NCBI GenBank assembly: GCA_036785375.1
Contig: JAWMAR010000002.1
Span: forward strand, 24,428,001 to 24,492,000
Direction: 5' to 3'
Length of the DNA stretch: 64,000 bases
From: Leucoraja ocellata
Lineage: Eukaryota
How positions within the stretch are numbered: position 1 is the first letter of the stretch; the number at the start of each line of letters is the position of its first letter. This document shows positions 60,501-64,000 of this stretch, one piece after another. The position numbers and the translations under genes were made by a program. The notes beneath the pieces are model-generated. The model did not search any database, had not been told where the DNA came from, and saw only the letters and a list, made by a program, of their open reading frames with translations.

Positions 60501-61829
60501 TAATTAAAGATGATAGGGTGTTCAAGAAGACATTTTGGTGCACTTGCCATCAAAAACCAAAGCAATGAGATAAAAATTGGGACATCATGGTGCAGCTGTA
60601 CAAAATATTGTTGTATGGATTAGAATTCTGGTTGTTCTACTGCGGGTAAGATGTGGTGTGTAGAGTGCAGTAGAGATTCATCAGGAAGGAGGGCTGTAGG
60701 TATGAAGAGAGCTTGGATAGGCTGGGTTTATTCTTATTGAATGTCGAAGGCTGGGGCATGACGTTATAGAGGACCTCGTAGAGAAGACACCATACATCTT
60801 ACAACCATTTTCTCGAACTTCTACAGAAAGTATTCTGTAAAAGGTATGCAGTCCTGGTTGCCGCATTTGTAGGAAGAATTCAGAGGCTTTGAAAAGGGTG
60901 CAGAGGAGATTTACCACCTGGATTAGCGGATATTTCCTACAGGAAGAGGTTGGACAGACTTGGAGTATTTTCTTTGGAATGTCGGAGGTTTCGGGGAGAT
61001 CTGATAGATGTAGAATTATGAGAGACATGGATAGGGTAGAGTCAGAACTTTTTCCCCCAAGATGAAAAAAATCATGTATTAGAGGGCATAGCTTTAAGAT
61101 AAGAGGGGCAAAGTTTAAAAGAGCAACATTTTTACACAGAGGGAGGTGAGTGCCTGGAACGGCTGGTGTTGCAGAACTGCTGGGTGTGGTGGTTGAGGCA
61201 GAGTGCTGAGCTAACAAGCAAGTCAGTTTCAAACCCAGAGACGGAGCAGCAGCAGCAGGAAGTTTCAAATAAAGTTATTGGGGTAGTTGGGAACAAAGTG
61301 ATACAGGATCACGTGATGTGCAGAGCTGCATGCTGTGGAAGCGGGTGCACCCTATTGTGGTTACTTGTGACCACATCTGCAGCAGGTGTTGGTCGCTCGA
61401 TGAAGGCAGGCTCAAAGCTGATGATCTGTAATCTGAGTTTCAAACACTAAAACACATCATGTACAGGGAGAATTACCTGGACACAGTGTTGCAGGAGATA
61501 GTCACACCTGATTCACTATGTCCAATTTGGTCTGTGGGCAGGAGAGTGTTTGACTGCGATTGAGGCAGGTAGGGGTATCCAAGAAGCAGTGTTGGATGAG
61601 CCTCAACCCTTGAGCTTGCCTAACAGATCTGAGATTCTTGTTCCCTGAGCAGTCGAGAGTAGGCGCCATATGATGAACAATTTTACCATTGGCACAATAG
61701 ATTAGGGAAGCATTCAAGAAGGGGGAGAAAGATACACATAATTGTAATTGGGGATTGTACAGAGGGGAATAGACACAAAGGATCGAGGGTCCTGAAGGCT
61801 GTGCTGAGTCCGGGACAGCCCATATGACT

Positions 61830-62433
61830 TAGAAACATGGAAATAGGTGCAGTAGGCCATTCGAGCCTGCACCGCCATTCAATATGATCATGGCTGATCA
61901 TCCAACTCAGTATCCTGTACCTGCCTACTCTCCATACCCCCTGATCCCTTTAGCCACAAGGGCCACATCTAACTCCCTCTTAAATATAGCCAATAAACTG
62001 GCCTCAACTACCTTCTGTGGCAGAGAATTCCAAAGATTCACCACTCTCTGTGTGAAAAATGTTTTACTCATCTCGGTCCTAAAAGATTTCCCCCTTACCC
62101 TTAAACTGTGACCCCTTGTTCTGGACTTTCCTAACATCGGGATCAATCTTCCTGCATCTAGCCTGTCCAAATAAGTTTCTATAAGATCCCCCCTCAATCT
62201 TCTAAATTCTAGCGAGTACAAGCCGAGTCTATCCAGTCTTTCTTCATATGAAAGTCCTGACATCCCAGGAATCAGTCTGGTGAACCTTCTCTGTAATCCC
62301 TCTATGGCAAGAATGTCTTTCCGCAGATTAGGAGACCAAAACTGTACGCAATACTCCAGGTGTGGTCTCACCAAGACCCTGTACAACTGCAGTAGAACCT
62401 CCCTGCTCCTATACTCAAATCCTTTTGCTATGA
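61830..62433 (-). mobile_element. Young CR1 3' fragment
   Basis: ORF 61925..62386 is near-identical to the CR1 copy at 245-1586. Confidence 0.95.
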
Positions 62434-63339
62434 GGAATTACAAAGGAATTTAGAGTGGGAGGGGAAAGATCCAGTTGTTGTAGTCCATACTGAGGGAGTT
62501 TGAGCACTAGGGACTAAATTAAAAGCAGAACCCAACAGGTAATAATCTCTGGATTGCTACCTGAGCCACGAGCAAATTGGCATAAAGTCAATAAGATTAG
62601 AGAGTTAAACTCAAATATTGCTGTAAGAAATTTGGGTTTGAATTTGTGGGACATTGGCATCAGTGTTGGGAAAGGAGGGAGCTGTTCTGATGGGACCAAC
62701 GCCACCTGAACCCTGTTGGGACCAGGGTCCTGGCTAATCGCATACCTAGGGCTGTACATAATGCTTTAAGCTAAAAGGTGGGGGTGGGCTCAACAGACTG
62801 GAAAAGTATGAATAACATTAAAGGGAAGGAAAGCACAGGAGAGGTTACTGAAGTCACTGGAATAAGATTATAGGACAGAAAGTTTAGAAATGGACAAGTC
62901 CCACGTCAGACAACATGGGGACCAATTTGAGAAGAGGGGTGGCGAATACAGAAAAAAAGGTGTTATATTTAAATGCATGCAGTATACAAAACAAGGCGGA
63001 TGATCTTATAGTGTGGTAGAAATTGGCCGGTACCATTTTATGGGCATCACAGAGTCGTGGCTGACAGAGGATCAGAGCTGGGAGCTGAATATCGAAGGAT
63101 ACACATCCTATTGGGGAGGCAAGTGGGCAGAGGCAGTGGGGTAGCTCTATTGATAAGGAACAAAATCCAATCCTTAGCAAGAAACAACATAATAGAAGAT
63201 GTACAATTGTTGTGGGTAGAGTTAAAAAAACTGCAAGGGTAAAAAGAACCTGATGGGAGTTATATACAGGTCGGATGTAGGGCACAAATTACATCAGTAA
63301 ATAGAAAAGGCATATAAGAAAGGCAATTTTGCAATGATC

Positions 63340-63493
63340 ATAGACACAAAATGCTGGAGTAACTCAGCAGGACAGTCTGAAGAAGGTTCTCGACCCGAAA
63401 CGTCACACAGGGATGCTGCCTGCCCCGTTGAGTTACTCCAGCATTTTGTGTTTATCTTTGGTTTAAACCAGCATCTACAGTTCCTTCCTACAC
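63340..63493. mobile_element. Penelope-derived fold-back insert carrying a minimal hammerhead core
   Basis: acacaaaatgctggagtaactca and tgagttactccagcattttgtgt form a perfect inverted repeat enclosing CTGAAGA-stem-GAAA-CGTC. Confidence 0.8.
63377..63404 (+). ncRNA. Minimal type I hammerhead ribozyme-like motif
   Basis: CUGAAGA (63377-83), imperfect stem II GGUUC-UC-GACCC, GAAA (63397-400), palindromic ACGU stem III, and cleavage triplet GUC. Stem I is weak. Confidence 0.55.
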
Positions 63494-63556
63494 ATTACAG
63501 TGGTCATGGTGGATTTCAATGTACAGATACACTCGGAAAGTCAGGTTGGTACTGTA

Positions 63557-64000
63557 TTCATAGCAAAAGGATTTGAGTATAGGAGCAGGGAGGTTCTACT
63601 GCAGTCGTACAGGGTCTTGGTGAGACCACACCTGGAGTATTGCGTACAGTTTTGGCCTCCTAATCTGAGGAAAGACATTCTTGCCATAGAGGGAGTACAG
63701 AGAAGGTTCACCAGACTGATTCCTGGGATGTCAGGACTTTCATATGAAGAAAGACTGGATAAACTCGGTTTGTACTCGCTAGAATTTAGAAGGTTGAGGG
63801 GGGATCTTATAGAAACGTACAAAATTCTTAAGGGGTTGGACAGGCTAGATGCAGGAAGATTGTTCCCGATGTTGGGGAAGTCCAGAACAAGGGGTCACAG
63901 TTTAAGGATAAAGGGGAAATCTTTTAGGACCGAGATGAGGAAAACTTTTTTCACACAGAGAGTGGTGAATCTCTGGAATTCTCTGCCGCAGAAGGTAGTT
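63557..64000 (+). mobile_element. Young CR1 3' fragment (runs off the window end)
   Basis: Near-identical to the CR1 copy at 6987-7215 and to the reverse complement of 61830-62433. Confidence 0.95.

Larger units (their letters stand above)
60500..63555 (+). mobile_element. Old CR1 sequences: 3' fragments at 60.5-61.2 kb, then ORF1 and the start of the endonuclease of an older long copy
   Basis: Cys-rich ORF1-like start at ~61310-61390, esterase-like region at ~62440-62770, and EN remnants (ttaaatgcatgcagtatac, acagagtcgtggctg, gtggggtagctc, ggtggatttcaat). Confidence 0.6.

Overview
This is eukaryotic, AT-rich, gene-poor DNA dominated by transposable elements. The repeat spectrum points to a cartilaginous fish, probably a skate or ray; this is inferred from abundant CR1 LINEs with (TTTCTATG)n tails, HE1/V-SINE-type SINEs and Penelope-type terminal repeats. 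No complete host gene is visible, but there is one candidate internal exon near 20.2 kb and several enhancer-like unique segments. The main elements are: (1) a three-level nest at 3059-8138 (Harbinger-type MITE > L1 > CR1) with every target-site duplication (TSD) recoverable; (2) a hAT-like TIR element with a 7-bp TSD at 16679-17699; (3) two short RTE-derived non-autonomous elements with highly structured 5' regions near 19.4 and 21.1 kb; (4) a 5'-truncated DIRS tyrosine-recombinase retrotransposon at 24.9-28.7 kb carrying gag, RT/RNase H, a methyltransferase-like domain, an intact YR and ICR/ITR repeats; (5) tandem non-autonomous Helitrons beside an assembly gap at 41.5-43.0 kb; (6) a decayed Gypsy (Mag-like) LTR retrotransposon at 50.9-55.0 kb split by a CR1; and (7) several Penelope-derived fold-back inserts, one with a minimal hammerhead ribozyme core. 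Boundaries of old repeats are approximate and all family calls were made by eye, with no database searches.
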